Source of the DNA: Mobula hypostoma
Lineage: Eukaryota
DNA length: 64,000 nt
Reading direction: 5' to 3'
NCBI RefSeq assembly: GCF_963921235.1
Contig: NC_086097.1
Span: 80,850,001 to 80,914,000 of the forward strand
The position numbers and the translations under genes were made by a program. The notes beneath the pieces were generated by a model that worked only from the letters and a program-made list of their open reading frames with translations, did not search any database and was not told the origin of the DNA. Of the stretch, positions 14,215 to 26,289 are shown piece by piece. Every line of letters starts with the position of its first letter. Position 1 is the stretch's first letter.

Positions 14215-14777
14215 TTAGGAAAGTAGGCTCTCACAATATTTAAACACAATTCACAAATACAAATGAGGGAAATCAGTAAATATGTCTTAAAGATAGTGTA
14301 ACAATCGCTATCGTTTTCTTTCAAATTTGTTTAGTCTCCCCCCCCCCTCCACATCATGTAACGCCAATCACGGACCTGCCTGCTATCTCAACAGTTATTA
14401 CACGTGAGCTGACATCATCCGATCCATCTTAGCAAAAGCAGCTCTTAGGAGTACTTCCAAAACAAGTGAACAACTTTAAGGAAACCACAATTCAATAATG
14501 CACTGGAAGTGAATGCCCACAATGACGAGGCAAGGTAATACAATATGTACTCCATGTATAAAAGCACGTTCTTTTGTGGCTCTTCCATAGATGCTGCTGG
14601 CGTTACTTTGATGGGTTCAGTGGGATTTAAAACCAATGACCGAGCAGAGGCGGGTTAAAAAAAAATACCGCCAATCCAACAAAAATGCCAAGGAATGAGC
14701 AAAAGGTTATGAAGTCAGCAATTCACTACCAGCAACTCCACGATCACTTATTCTCATGGGAGCAGTGAAGGGCAATT

Positions 14778-15556
14778 ACTGGAAATTCGAGAAATCAATG
14801 CTCATGCCACCAAGTTGGAGGCTATCCATACAGGATACAAGGTGCTACTCCTCCAACCTAAGTGTGGCCTCACTGTGGCAGTAGAGGTGGCCGTGGGCTG
14901 ATACGTCAGAATAGGAGTGGGAAGTAGAATTGACGTGGGTGGCCATCAGCAGATCACGCTTTTTCTGGCGGATGGAACGTAGGTGCTCGGCAAAGCGGTC
15001 TCCCAATCTACGTTGGGTTTCCGCAATATACGGGAGGCCACACCAGGAGCAGTGGATTAGTAGATGACCCCAACAAACCCCACACTCAGGTTGGAGGAAC
15101 AACACCTTATATTCCATCTGGGTAGCCTCCAACCTGATGGCATGAACATCAATTTCTCGAACTTCCAGTGATTGTCCCCCCTTTCACCATTCCCCATTTC
15201 TTTTTTCCTCTCTTACCTTTTCTCCTTATCTGCCATCACCTCCCTCAGGTGCTCCTCCCCTTCCCTTTCTTCCATTGTCTTCTCCCCTTTCCTATTAGAT
15301 TCCCCCTTCTCCAGCCCTTTATCTTCTTCACCTATCAGCTTCACAGCACTTTGCTTCACCACTCCCCCCCCTCCCGATTTCATCCATCACCTACCACCTT
15401 GTACTTCTTCCTTCCCTCCCCCCACCTTCTTACTCTGACTTCTCAACTTTTCTACCAATCCTGATGAAGGGCCTCGGCCTGAAGCGCGGATTGTTTACCC
15501 TTTTTCATAGATGCTGCCTGACCTGGTGAGTTCCTCCAGCATATTGTGTGTGTGGC
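14778..15556. mobile_element. PLE with a 5' inversion: GIY-YIG segment on minus (about 14778-15082), 3' end on plus (about 15083-15556)
   Basis: The minus-strand ORF reads CSWCGLPYIAETQRRLGDRFAEHLRS. The GTAGCCTCCAACCTGATGGCATGA segment is present in both orientations. Confidence 0.85.
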
Positions 15557-15689
15557 TAGAATGTTATATTGCTAGCATCTGGGAATATGATGGATTGGAA
15601 TTAAGAATAGCGAGTTTGATTGAAAATTATAATCTAGTTGAATTCTTCTGTGAAGTTACATGACCATAATTTGGCTCATCAGTCCTGAT

Positions 15690-16499
15690 CCGTTTCCTAG
15701 AACATCTGAGATATCCTTCATTTTCAAAAATCAGCCTTTTCCTGCCACCACCAATGCTGCCCTCACCTATAATTCCTCCATTACCTGCACATCTGTCCTC
15801 ACCCCATCCTCCTGTGGCAGAAATAGGATTCCCCTTGTCCTTACCTACCACCCCACGAGCCTCCATATGTAGCACATTATTCTCTATAGCTTCTACCATC
15901 TACAAGTGATCCTACTACTAAACACATCACTCTCTCCCCTCTACCCCCACTCCCTGCTGTCCTTCGGGATAGGTCTTCATGTGACTCCCTTGTCCATTCG
16001 TCATTCCCCACTTATCTCCCTCCAGGCACTTATCACTGCAAGTGGGACAAGTTCCACACCTGCCCCATTAACCTCATCCCTCACTATTATTCAGTACTCC
16101 AAACAGTCCTTTCAGGTGAGAAGACACTTCACCTATGAGTCTGTCTGGGTCATCTACAGTATCTGGTACTGCCAGTGTGGCCTTCTCTACATTAGTGAGA
16201 TTGGGGGACTGCTTCATCCATCACCTACTCTCCATCCACCACAAAAGTTGGGATTTCCTGATGGCCACCCATTTCAATTCGGCCACCCATTCCCATTGCC
16301 ATTCTGACATGTTGGTCCATAGACTCCTCTACTGGCATGATAAGTCAAAACCCAGTCTGGAGAAGCAATAACTCATATTGTGTCTGAGTAGCCACCAACC
16401 TGATGGCATGAACTTTGATTTCACTAACTTCCCGTAATTTCTCCATAGCATTTTTTGTGTTGCTCATGATTTCCAGCATCTGCAGAATCTCTTGTGTTT
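15690..16499 (+). mobile_element. PLE fragment (GIY-YIG region and terminal extension)
   Basis: Segments RIPLVLTYHPTS and FQVRRHFTYESVWVIYSIWYCQCGLLYISE. It ends in GATTTCCAGCATCTGCAGAATCTCTTGTGTTT. Confidence 0.85.
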
Positions 16500-18184
16500 A
16501 ATATGTTTCAACTTTACCACTTACTTTGTGATCTGAATTGAAGCTATTACCACATTTTTAAGCAGTTCCAAGTCCTGAGTTGACGTTTTCAACAAACTGT
16601 GCATGTTATATTTAAGTTTCTGGGAAAGAAAATGACTGAAGAAATATTCCAACAATTAACAAGCATTTGTAAATACAAAATCTACATGGCCAAGTCCATG
16701 CCCAAGAAACCAAAACGAAATTCAGACAAGCACTATTGACTGACATTTACAGTATGAGGCAAAAATAACCTTTCCAGAATTTAACCACCTACACTTTACA
16801 TTTAATAGCAGCACCAGTTGCTCCTCTTCCACATCTTTTTGACCTGAAACTCAACTGAACCAACTCTAGGAGTAGGTTTGAGACTGGAAATTACAAGGTC
16901 AGTAACATATCTCTTGGATCCCCAAAGCCTTTCACCATCTCCTTTTACTTTTTACAGTTTTCTAGGTCCTGAGATAGTTTATGAAATTAATGTAGGAATC
17001 ATATAGGACATAGGAAGGAAATATCTACAAGACAACAGTGTGATAGAATTATCTTTCACCTGCTTAGTTAAGTGCTGCTTTAACAATATTCAAGAATCTC
17101 AGCACCATCCAGAAATAAAGCAGACCACTGGTTTGGCTCCTCACTATTAACCCAGATATTCATTTCATCTATACTTAACTCAAGTATGCTATTCCAAAAT
17201 TACTTGTCAACCTACATCATCAAAGATGACATGGGTACCAAGGAAATGGGTACACCATTGTCTGTAGGTTTCCTTCTAAAACCCACCTGATCCTGACTTG
17301 GAAAGATATTATTAATCCTTCATTGATGCCTTGTCTGAATATCTGAACTTCATATCCAAAAGCTCCTCTTTGGATTGCAGCCATTCAAAGCTATAGTTGT
17401 TCACCACCACTTTCTCAAGGACATACAAACAAATATTGTCAGATATGTCCATATCCCATAATGAAAATGCTGATATTACAGAGTCATGCAAAATTAAGAC
17501 ATGAGACTGCAGATGCTGGAATATAGAGCAAAAAAGAGAGCAGAATTATGTGTGACCGTGGTTTAGTCAGCCATGTTGTTAGGCTGCCTATGCCATTTTG
17601 AAATGTCAGTGGGCATTATTATTCCACCAGTAAATCGGCAGGTAGCAAACAACTGAATGTTATTCCCTTATTGTTCTTTTAGTAGCAATAATATCTGCAC
17701 TTTAAAGCTAATTAATGACTAGTAATTCCACTTTCCAATTTGTGACATATTAGAGTACCTTACAAAGGAAATCTTTTTCTATTTTAAATAGTAGCTTCAA
17801 TAGGATTCTCTGTATCAATGAGAATACCTATTTCGATGATTAACATTAAAAACTTCCAATTACAGTATATGGACGAAAATCTCTACAGCACTGTTCCCGT
17901 TCGTTTTATTCTCAAGGTTGATGCTAGTCAAGACTTAATAAATTACCTCATTATCAATGGTAAGAGATAAAGCGAAAATGGCTTTGCCTAGTTTTATTAT
18001 CTATGCTCCACTGCTCCAATATTCACTGATTTGGCACCAGATTGATTGTCTAAAGGAGCGGGACAGTAGAAAATTGAATAATACACTGCAGGAACAGGTT
18101 TTATTCTGAGCTGACACTTAATTGGGCAAGCATTGTGCAGCAAGCTTTCTTAGATACTCTTCATAAAATACTACAGAGAACTTG

Positions 18185-19225
18185 GGTTCTGGCACTAAGT
18201 TTCGCTCTGTGGCTCAGAAAGGAAGGGGGTTGAGGAGTTGGGTATAGCGATAGGCAATTCAAAGGTTAGGGAGGTTCTGTGGATGAGAATAAGATGATCT
18301 GTTGCCTCCTGGATACCAGGGACTGGGACATATTGGATCGAGTCCATAGCATTCTTAAGTGAGAGGGTGAGCAATCAGAAGTTATGGTCTGTGTCGGTAC
18401 CAATGGCATGGGTAGAAAGGGTAACGAAGTCCTGTAAAGTGAGTTCAGGGAGTTAGGTGCAAAGTTAAAACACAGGACCTCCAGGGTTGTGATCTCAGGA
18501 TTGCTACCTGTGCAGGTGTGGCCAGAAATAGGAAGATAATGCAGTTTAACACATGGCTGAGGAGATGGTCCAAGAGGGAGGACCTGATTTTTGGATCATT
18601 GGGCTCTCTTCTAGGGAATGTGGGACCTGTAAAGATCGAATGGTTTGCATCTGAACTGGAGGGGAACTAACAGCCATTGGGAAGGTTTGTTAATGTTGGT
18701 AATGGTTTAAACTAGAGTTGCAGGAGGATGGGAACCAGAGTGCCAGAGCAAATAATGGAGCGGTTGTGGGAAAAGCTCATAAGCTAACATAAAAAAAGTC
18801 AAAATTCCAGAAGTTGAACATGGTGGGACTAATGTCATGAGTTGCATATATTTCAATGCAAAGAGTATTGTAGACACAAAATAATCTGCAGATGCGGGGT
18901 CCTGACGAAGGGTTCCGGCCCGAAACATCGACTGATCTTTTCCACGGATGCTGCCCGATCTGCTGAGTTCCTCTAGCGTGTTAAGAGTATTGTAGGAAAG
19001 GCAGATGAGCTTAGCGCATGGATCAGCATGTGGAATTATGACATTGTAGCCTTAGTGAGATTTGGTTCAAGGAGGGGCAGTACTGGTAGCTCAATGATCT
19101 GGGACTCTGTTGCTTTATGCATGATAGAGTGGGAGGGATGACATTACTAGTCAAGCAGAATGTCATGGCAGTGCTCAGATATGACAGATTGGAGGTCTCG
19201 TCTACAAGGATATATAGGTGGAATC
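18185..19225 (+). mobile_element. CR1 5' portion: ORF1 esterase-like remnant and start of the ORF2 endonuclease
   Basis: Decayed IGDSIVRG/CLPGA/VVISGLLP-type ORF1 segments. CIYFNAKSIVGKADELSAWIS is restored when the insertion at 18874-18982 is removed. Confidence 0.8.
18874..18982. mobile_element. 109-bp inverted PLE-terminus insertion containing a hammerhead motif
   Basis: 13-bp TSD AAGAGTATTGTAG at 18861-18873 and 18983-18995. Core CTGACGA...GAAACATC at about 18902-18929. Confidence 0.9.
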
Positions 19226-19399
19226 CCCGACAATATATGGAAAGCTAAAATCACGTATTGTCATAAAATTATGTTTCTTCAAACACACTGTGATCTATCT
19301 ACAAATTTGCTCCTCTAAATCCCCGTGATTATTGGGTAGGCTATAATATAATCCCATTAACATGATCATCCCTTTCTTATTCTTCATTTCCAGAATTAG

Positions 19400-19680
19400 T
19401 ATAAGAATCAGATTTAATATCACCGGCATATGTCATGAAATTTCTTGTTTTGCAGCAGCAACACAGCATAATAACATAATAGCAACATAATAATAAAAAC
19501 CAAAAAAGAAAAAATATATTAAAAATTTAAATTAAAAAGAAGTGCAAAACCACAGCAAAAAAAAAGAGAAAAATAGTGAGATAGTGTACATGGCTTCATT
19601 GTCTATTCAGAAATCTGGTGCGAGAGGGGAAGAAGCTGTTCTTATCATGTTCAGTGTGTCTTCGGGCTCCTGTACCTGAA
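19400..19680 (-). mobile_element. Rex/L2-group LINE 3' tail fragment
   Basis: The reverse complement ends in ACATATGCCGGTGATATTAAATCTGATTCT. The same tail occurs on plus at about 32595-32930. Confidence 0.7.
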
Positions 19681-21123
19681 AATCCCAGATATCTCATATT
19701 GTGTTTACTGTATGGAGCACAATTCAGTATCTTTAACATACTTTGCAGCCCCAATTTAATACATGCATTATCACTGAAGGTATCATTGGTTCAGTTTTTA
19801 AATCGCTTGCAATGACTGACTCAAGTTTTTTTATTAATCTGTTTCTAGTTTCCTGCAAACATCTTCACTGCAGTGTCCCTGCAGATTATTTCCTCCTCTA
19901 CTTTCATCCCCTATCACTTGCTCTCAAGCTTTTCAACTCGTCACCTGATTTCACAGAAGGAGCAGAAGCAGACCCAGAGTGGCTGTGGTGATGCGGGCAC
20001 AGGGTAATTTGCATAGGAAATAATGGGATTGGATCCAGTGGAATCCAACTTTTCACCTGCCTTAACTTGCATGTCTCTTTTCCAAAAGCAGGGGCTTGAA
20101 TTAAATGCATTTCAGCATTGAAGAGTTCAAAGAGAAGAGGCAAGTTGGCTTCAGGCAGTGTCCCACTGAGGCACTGCCTTTCGAGCACCACTTATTAAAG
20201 CTATTTTCAAAAGTCTCAAATGCCCCTTTCAGTAATGGACATTTAGATACTATACAAATAGATTTACCAAGTCTGAAAGAAAAATAAATACAACTAAAAA
20301 CACAAAAATACTATATAACGTTTTTAATTACTTTTTGAAGTAAAATAAATTATGTAACTTAAACATTTAACTGAATGTATATTTCTTTCCTCCCACCCAC
20401 CATAGGGTGAGTAACCCCACTTTTCTTTAGACCAGTTATCCTAGGTGGAAGTCAGAACGTGGGATGCATAACTCTCAATGGAATGGAGGAGAAAAAGAGA
20501 AAATACTGCTTCTGTAATGGCCAGCACAAGTATAGTAAAACGTACTGAAGGAAGTTGTGAAGGTTACTAAAACAATGCAGCTTTAGAGCTTTAGGTCCAA
20601 TGGTGGAGCCAGCAGGAGAGCAAGGAGAGGTGCATCAGTATTTAATCTCCTAGTTGTTTCAATCTGAAATGAATTGAGCTGTGAATAGCTGACATCTCGG
20701 GTTCTCTGCAGAACCAGCTGCTGCCAGACAACACAACCTGGCTCATTACATTTCAGTATCATTTGAGTCACGTACTAAGGATGAAAGCAAAAAAAAAACT
20801 TTCTGGTTTCTGCCAAATATAGTGAAGAGATGCACATATAGTATTATATTTTCACTGTTGCCATTAAGAAATAATTTCCTTGAAATCTTTCCTTTTTTTC
20901 AGACACATCTGAGACTCCAGGCAATTGAGATACTGTTACTCAAAGTGCATTGATTTCCATGAACTTCACAACTTCCTTCAGTAAGTTTTACTGTGCCTGA
21001 ATTGACATTATTTTCTCTTTCCCTTCCACTCCAGCCCCACCTCACATGTCCCCTCCCATTTCATCCAGGTTTCCAGCATGTCTGAAATCATCTTACAATA
21101 CATAAAGCTTGAGAGATACTTAC

Positions 21124-21300
21124 TTAGACTTAGCTTCCTGAAGTAAGTTAGGATCATCTGTGGCAAGGTAAACTCGCTTTTTGTCAACCACCATCTTGCG
21201 AGCAAGAAACTTGTAGTGTTCCTCTACATGTGCCATGTATTCCTCAATAGGATGATAAGCTGCTTCCGTTCCAACTTTATCCGTGCGTCGCACATGAACA
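21124..21300 (-). CDS. FUT8: FUT8 internal coding exon (177 nt): [58 protein letters not shown](K)
   Basis: Hand translation of the minus strand; the ORF track misses this frame. It contains the GDP-fucose-binding HVRRTDK motif and YLATDD. The acceptor is pyrimidine-rich (ctctctcaatcctcacAAG) and the donor is AA|GTAAGT. Confidence 0.97.
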
Positions 21301-23109
21301 CTTGTGAGGATTGAGAGAGGAGAGCATTAGTACTGCCCCATTTGCAAGTTCAATTCAGTCAAATTCATTCACAAACTGTTCAATCTGCACAGCTTAGGCT
21401 TTAAGAATTTATAAATGATCAATAGATGACAAAATAAAAATCCTCTGTGCATTCAGCAAAACTATTCCATCAGACAGATTATGGATTTATATGACAAAGG
21501 GGGAATTACATTTTTAAAAATGTCAAACAAGTATTACTAACCATCATGAAGAGATGACAACTTGCAGAGCCCTTCAGATGAAGAAATTAATGTGATTTGC
21601 AAAATATCAAAAGGTATTTATCAAATGTGGTAGCTTAACAATGGAGACATTATTATATTATCAGTATTAACAGTTGTATATTAAATCCATTTTTCAGTGG
21701 AGATAAATAAAATATTACCAACAAAACTAGCTGGATCTGGCTCCAAATGAAACCTTTAGTTTTAGGATAGAGTTTTAGTAGCTAAAATCTTCAAATAAAC
21801 ATTTTCTTAAATTTATTTGCAGGGGAAAACCCCTGCTTAAATAGTGTACTTACCATGGCATCATTTTAAACAGCAATATTTTTGACTATTGAGCATTATG
21901 GGATTTATTCCAAGTTTACTGGAAATAAAGACAGCACACTCTGGCACCGGACACACTGTAGATTAAAGTGTATGCCAGTCTCTGTCCTTCTTTCTGGAAA
22001 AACTGGTTTTCAAGTGAACAACATCTGCTGAGCTACTGAGTTACTCTATCTTGCTAACGCCAATGGGTCTCATTTTTGCCTGCCTCTTGGTGAGATATGA
22101 AGCATTACTTATTCCATTCCTACTCAGAATCCCCAGCTCTTTATCTCCATATTCAATGTTGACAGTTGTAGCAATATCACTTCCGACTCTTCTTTTAGAA
22201 TTTCAAAAATATTGCATGCTGCCCTCCCTTCACCAAGTCTTTCCTTCCTTATCATGTTTCACCATCTCTAATGCTATCATCTAGAATCTACTACAATCCC
22301 CAATGACGCTCACAACTATCCTCCATCCCTATTCCTATGAAGGAACTTCTACATCCTCTAAGTTTCTCTCTTCATGCATCACCCATGGAATATGCAGGAA
22401 TTTAAAGTTGATTATATTTGGAGTCTTTAAGAACACATATTTAGCATACATACATGTTCAACATATGTATGTACACATGGATACACCGACGCATGCTGAA
22501 TATGTTTACTAATTATTCAGGGGAGCATAAGTGGTAAAAGACTCATTCACATGTGTACTGCAGCATCCAGTCAACCCATCTCCAGTCTTTTTGTATGCAT
22601 CCCATGAATTAACTGTTCACATTCCCATCCCTACCTGAGGCCTTCTCCTTTGATCTTTTGTCCTCTCACTTTCTCACTTTACTTTGCTACCACTTAAGAA
22701 ATTCTCCACCACTCAAAACCTGTCACAATATTTTCAAATTGCCACAATTGGCCACCGATTTGTAACATTCTGATGGTCCATGTCCTGATTGGCATTTCCC
22801 ATGTTCTGCCTTTACATCAGACTTCTAGCATTTGCTGTTTTTTGTGTTTCTTTTGTTTACACTAAAAAGATTGTAAATGTTAACGTTTAGTCATGTTTTC
22901 ACTTTAGCCTAAATGAGTTGCAAGTAGCACAGGCAACAATTGTGCAGGGCAGAACTCACTTTGGCAAGCAAGAGGCAAAAGAGTGCAATAAACTCTTTAC
23001 AATTTACCCTGTCAAAAACGCCATCTCCTGCATTTTAATTCCAGGGGATTCAAAAAGGGTTGTGCCTTATCTGATGTTGTTTCCCTGGGAGTATCTACTC
23101 AACATTCAA

Positions 23110-24045
23110 CAAAGGGGTGGCGAGGCTGAGAGGGTGGTGGTGAGAATAGATGGCTGGGAACTGGATGAAATGGGAGACTCCGCTCCATCAACCACTGTAA
23201 AAGGGAAGCCGTATTTCCTGAAAAAGGAGGACATTTCACATGCTGCGGAAGGGAAGGTTCAGCTTGAGAGCAGTTGTGGTGGGGACAGAGAGACCAGGAG
23301 AAAGAGATGGCATCCTTACAAGAGACAGGATGGAAAGAAGTGCTACTGAGGAAGCTGTGGAATCAGTGGGATCTTTGCTTGCAAGTGCTCAACTTGTACT
23401 CCACGCCATTGACAAATGGGCTATGTCCACAACTCAGATCATTAACTATCTGATTTGCATAGCACTGGCCACCTAATTGCTGACATGCTTATTTGCTCAT
23501 TTGAGCTGTTGTTGTCACGGACCTGAGCCCATGTGACTCCTTGATTCACTTACTCCTTCCCACACACCACTTCCTGTGCCCTGCAGCTGCAGGGAAGTGT
23601 AGTGCTTGTCCTTTCACCTCCCTCCCCTCACCATCATCCAGGGACCCAAACAGCTCTTTCAAGTGAGGCAGCGATTCACTTGCACCCCTTCCAACTAGGC
23701 CTCTTCTACACTGGAAAAACCAGGCATAGCCTATGGATACCACTTTGTGAAGCACCTGTGCTCTATCCACAATGGCCACCTCGAGCTTCTGGCTGCATCT
23801 TATTTTAACTTTTCCAGCCCCCACACTGTCCTCCCTATCCTCAGAATTCTTTGCTACAGTGAGACCAAATGCAAATTGTAAGAACAACATCTCATATTCC
23901 ACTACAACCCAAAAGGTACGAACATTGACAAACAAGAGAAAATCTGCAGATGTTGGAAATCCAAACATTGCACACAAAATGCTGCAGGAACTCAGCAGGC
24001 CAGGCAGCATCTATGGAAAAGAATACAGTTGACGCTTGGGGCCCA
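23110..24045. mobile_element. Cluster of PLE fragments in both orientations
   Basis: Minus fragment at 23110-23370, plus GIY-YIG fragment at 23550-23925, and a minus terminus at 23927-24045. Confidence 0.7.
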
Positions 24046-24370
24046 ATTTTAAATCTGTGTCTCCTGTTTCACTCATTGGGTCCTTGAACCTGGTCTCCCA
24101 TGTTACACTACTGTAGAACAATCCAGAATCCATGGATGAACTGGGAGAACCACTCTGTTTTAAAGTCGAGAACTGCAGCATTCAAATCAGATAACCCTGA
24201 GAATTACAAGAAATCAAGCTTAACCCCTCCAATCACATTCTTCACAAAAAAAAAGCTACCAGCAGTGCTAAGAGTCCAGCCATCAGCTGTGGCAGGACTT
24301 ACAAACTATATTAGGTTACAAAATAAAGCTGGGCATCACTGTCAACAACTGTAAACCCCTTAAATTATTA

Positions 24371-24906
24371 CAAACATAAGAAAATCTGCAGATGCTGGAA
24401 ATCAAAGCCACATACACAAAGTGCTGGATGAACTCAGCAGGCCAGGTAGCATCTATGGAAAAGTGTAAACAGTCGACATTTCAGGTCAAGACCTCTCACT
24501 AGGACTGGAGAGAAAAAAAAAATGAGGAGTTGAGTTAAAAGGTGGGGGGGGGGAGAGGAGGAGAAGGGAGAAACACAAAGTGATAGGTGAAACTGGGAGG
24601 GGGTGAAGTAAAGAGCTGGGAAGTTGATTGGTGAAAGAGATACTGGGCTGGAGAAGGGGTGAAATTGAATAGGAAAGGACAGAAGGCCATGGAAGAAAGA
24701 AAAGGGGGTGGGAAGCACCAGCGATGGGCAGGCAAGGAGATAAGGTGAGAGAGGGAAAAGGGGATGGGGAATGGTAAAGGGGGGGAGGGGCATTACTGTA
24801 AGTTTGAGAAATCAATGTTCATGCCATCGGGCTGGAGGCTACCCCGACGGAATAAAAGGTGTTATTCCTCCGACCTGAGTGTAGCCTCATCGTAACAGTA
24901 GAGGAC
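24371..24906 (-). mobile_element. PLE 3' end (end of GIY-YIG ORF, pyrimidine-rich UTR, degenerate hammerhead, terminal extension)
   Basis: It matches the reverse complement of 15083-15556. Confidence 0.85.
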
Positions 24907-25125
24907 TGTCGCGATAAGATATGAACATTGAATTTTCCAATATCATTCTCACCCACACCCACATACCCGCCCACACACATTCACACACACACTTATGTTT
25001 TCTCTCTCTCTTTGTTCACATTTGTTTCTCTTTGTTGCAAGATGACACCAGAGCTCTTTGCAGAACCACTTGTCACTTCTTTCGTAATCGTTCTACTCAC
25101 TTAAATCTAAATGGAATGTCTCTAA

Positions 25126-26289
25126 GGCTACGTCCACACTAGAGCAGCTAATTTTGAAAACGCCGGTTTCGCATAAAAACGATAGGTGTCCACACCAGGC
25201 ATTTTTGAAAATACCTCCGTCCACATTAAAACGGGTATTTGGGCAAATCTCCTCCTACTGGGCATGTGCAGGACACATCTACAGAAAACAAGTGAAGAGG
25301 AAACGGTATACTTGGTGCACGTTTGTCCAGTTACAGACTAGAAAAACTTAAAAAGAAATTGCCAAACGATGGACCGCTGTTGGCTCTCGCGCAGGAGGAC
25401 TTAGAACTGAAAAAACAAATACTGGAGCGTATGGAGGCAACCGACAGGGAGCTCACGGACAGTGTGACCCGGCTGATGACGAACATTGAAAAGCTGACTA
25501 ACTCTATTGCAGAGGGATTTGCAATGAGGAATATGATGGCTCCCCCCAGTACTTTTCATCGCCGCAATACCAGCCTCACAGCCACTACAATAGCTACACA
25601 TACGGACACACAGACCCCCGCGTGGCCCCACCAACATATTCCCCACTCCCACAGAGGGGTCACCCTGGAAACATTTCCTACAGCCATAGTCTCTTCGCCG
25701 ATGAAAGGGACGACAGCTACAACTAAATGAATAAGGCCTGTTACCCGGCAAAAGTGAAATTTGCTGTTACCTGCAAATTTGTTTGCCTTTACCTTTGCCA
25801 TGTCTTTCTGTATTATTTTGCTGTAATTAACATGTGCAATAAAACGAGTTACTGGGCAAAAGTGATTTTATTTTTACCTGAATAAAAGTGAAACTTACAA
25901 TTTTCCTTTTTTGGCCTTAAAATTTTCACGCTTATGCCAAACATAAGCTACTACTTAAATTGACATTTTGGAAGTAGTGACAATTGCATCTATTGAATGT
26001 TTGCACAAGCAAATCATTAATAAAGCACCTTGTTAAATGTATAAAACAGGTCTGCATCAGTATTATCCTGTATTTCCATACAGCATCATGACAGCGTTTT
26101 TAAAAAGCTCTGGTTACCCCATACACACTACACCGCCCAACTGACATTTTCAGATTTACACACTCTGGAGAGCGTTTTCGAAAAGCTCCATTTTTGGGGA
26201 GGAAAATACCGTTTCAGTGTGGACGGAGGGTCAAAACGAAGAGAAAAAGCTTCGGTTATGGAGTTATCTGGTCTAGTGCGGACGTAGCC
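25126..26289 (+). mobile_element. Non-autonomous PIF/Harbinger DNA transposon (1164 bp) with a residual coiled-coil ORF (25323-25730)
   Basis: Terminal inverted repeats (TIRs) read GGCTACGTCCACACTAGAGCAGCTAA on the left and GGCTACGTCCGCACTAGACCAGATAA on the right (reverse complement). TAA TSD at 25123-25125 and 26290-26292. Subterminal GTCCACA repeats are present. Confidence 0.9.

Noticed and set aside
15168..15464. Hydrophobic Pro/Ser/Phe/Leu-rich ORFs here and at 9686, 24434-24815, 28675-29164 and 39427
   Set aside because: They are translations of the pyrimidine-rich PLE 3' region, not membrane proteins.
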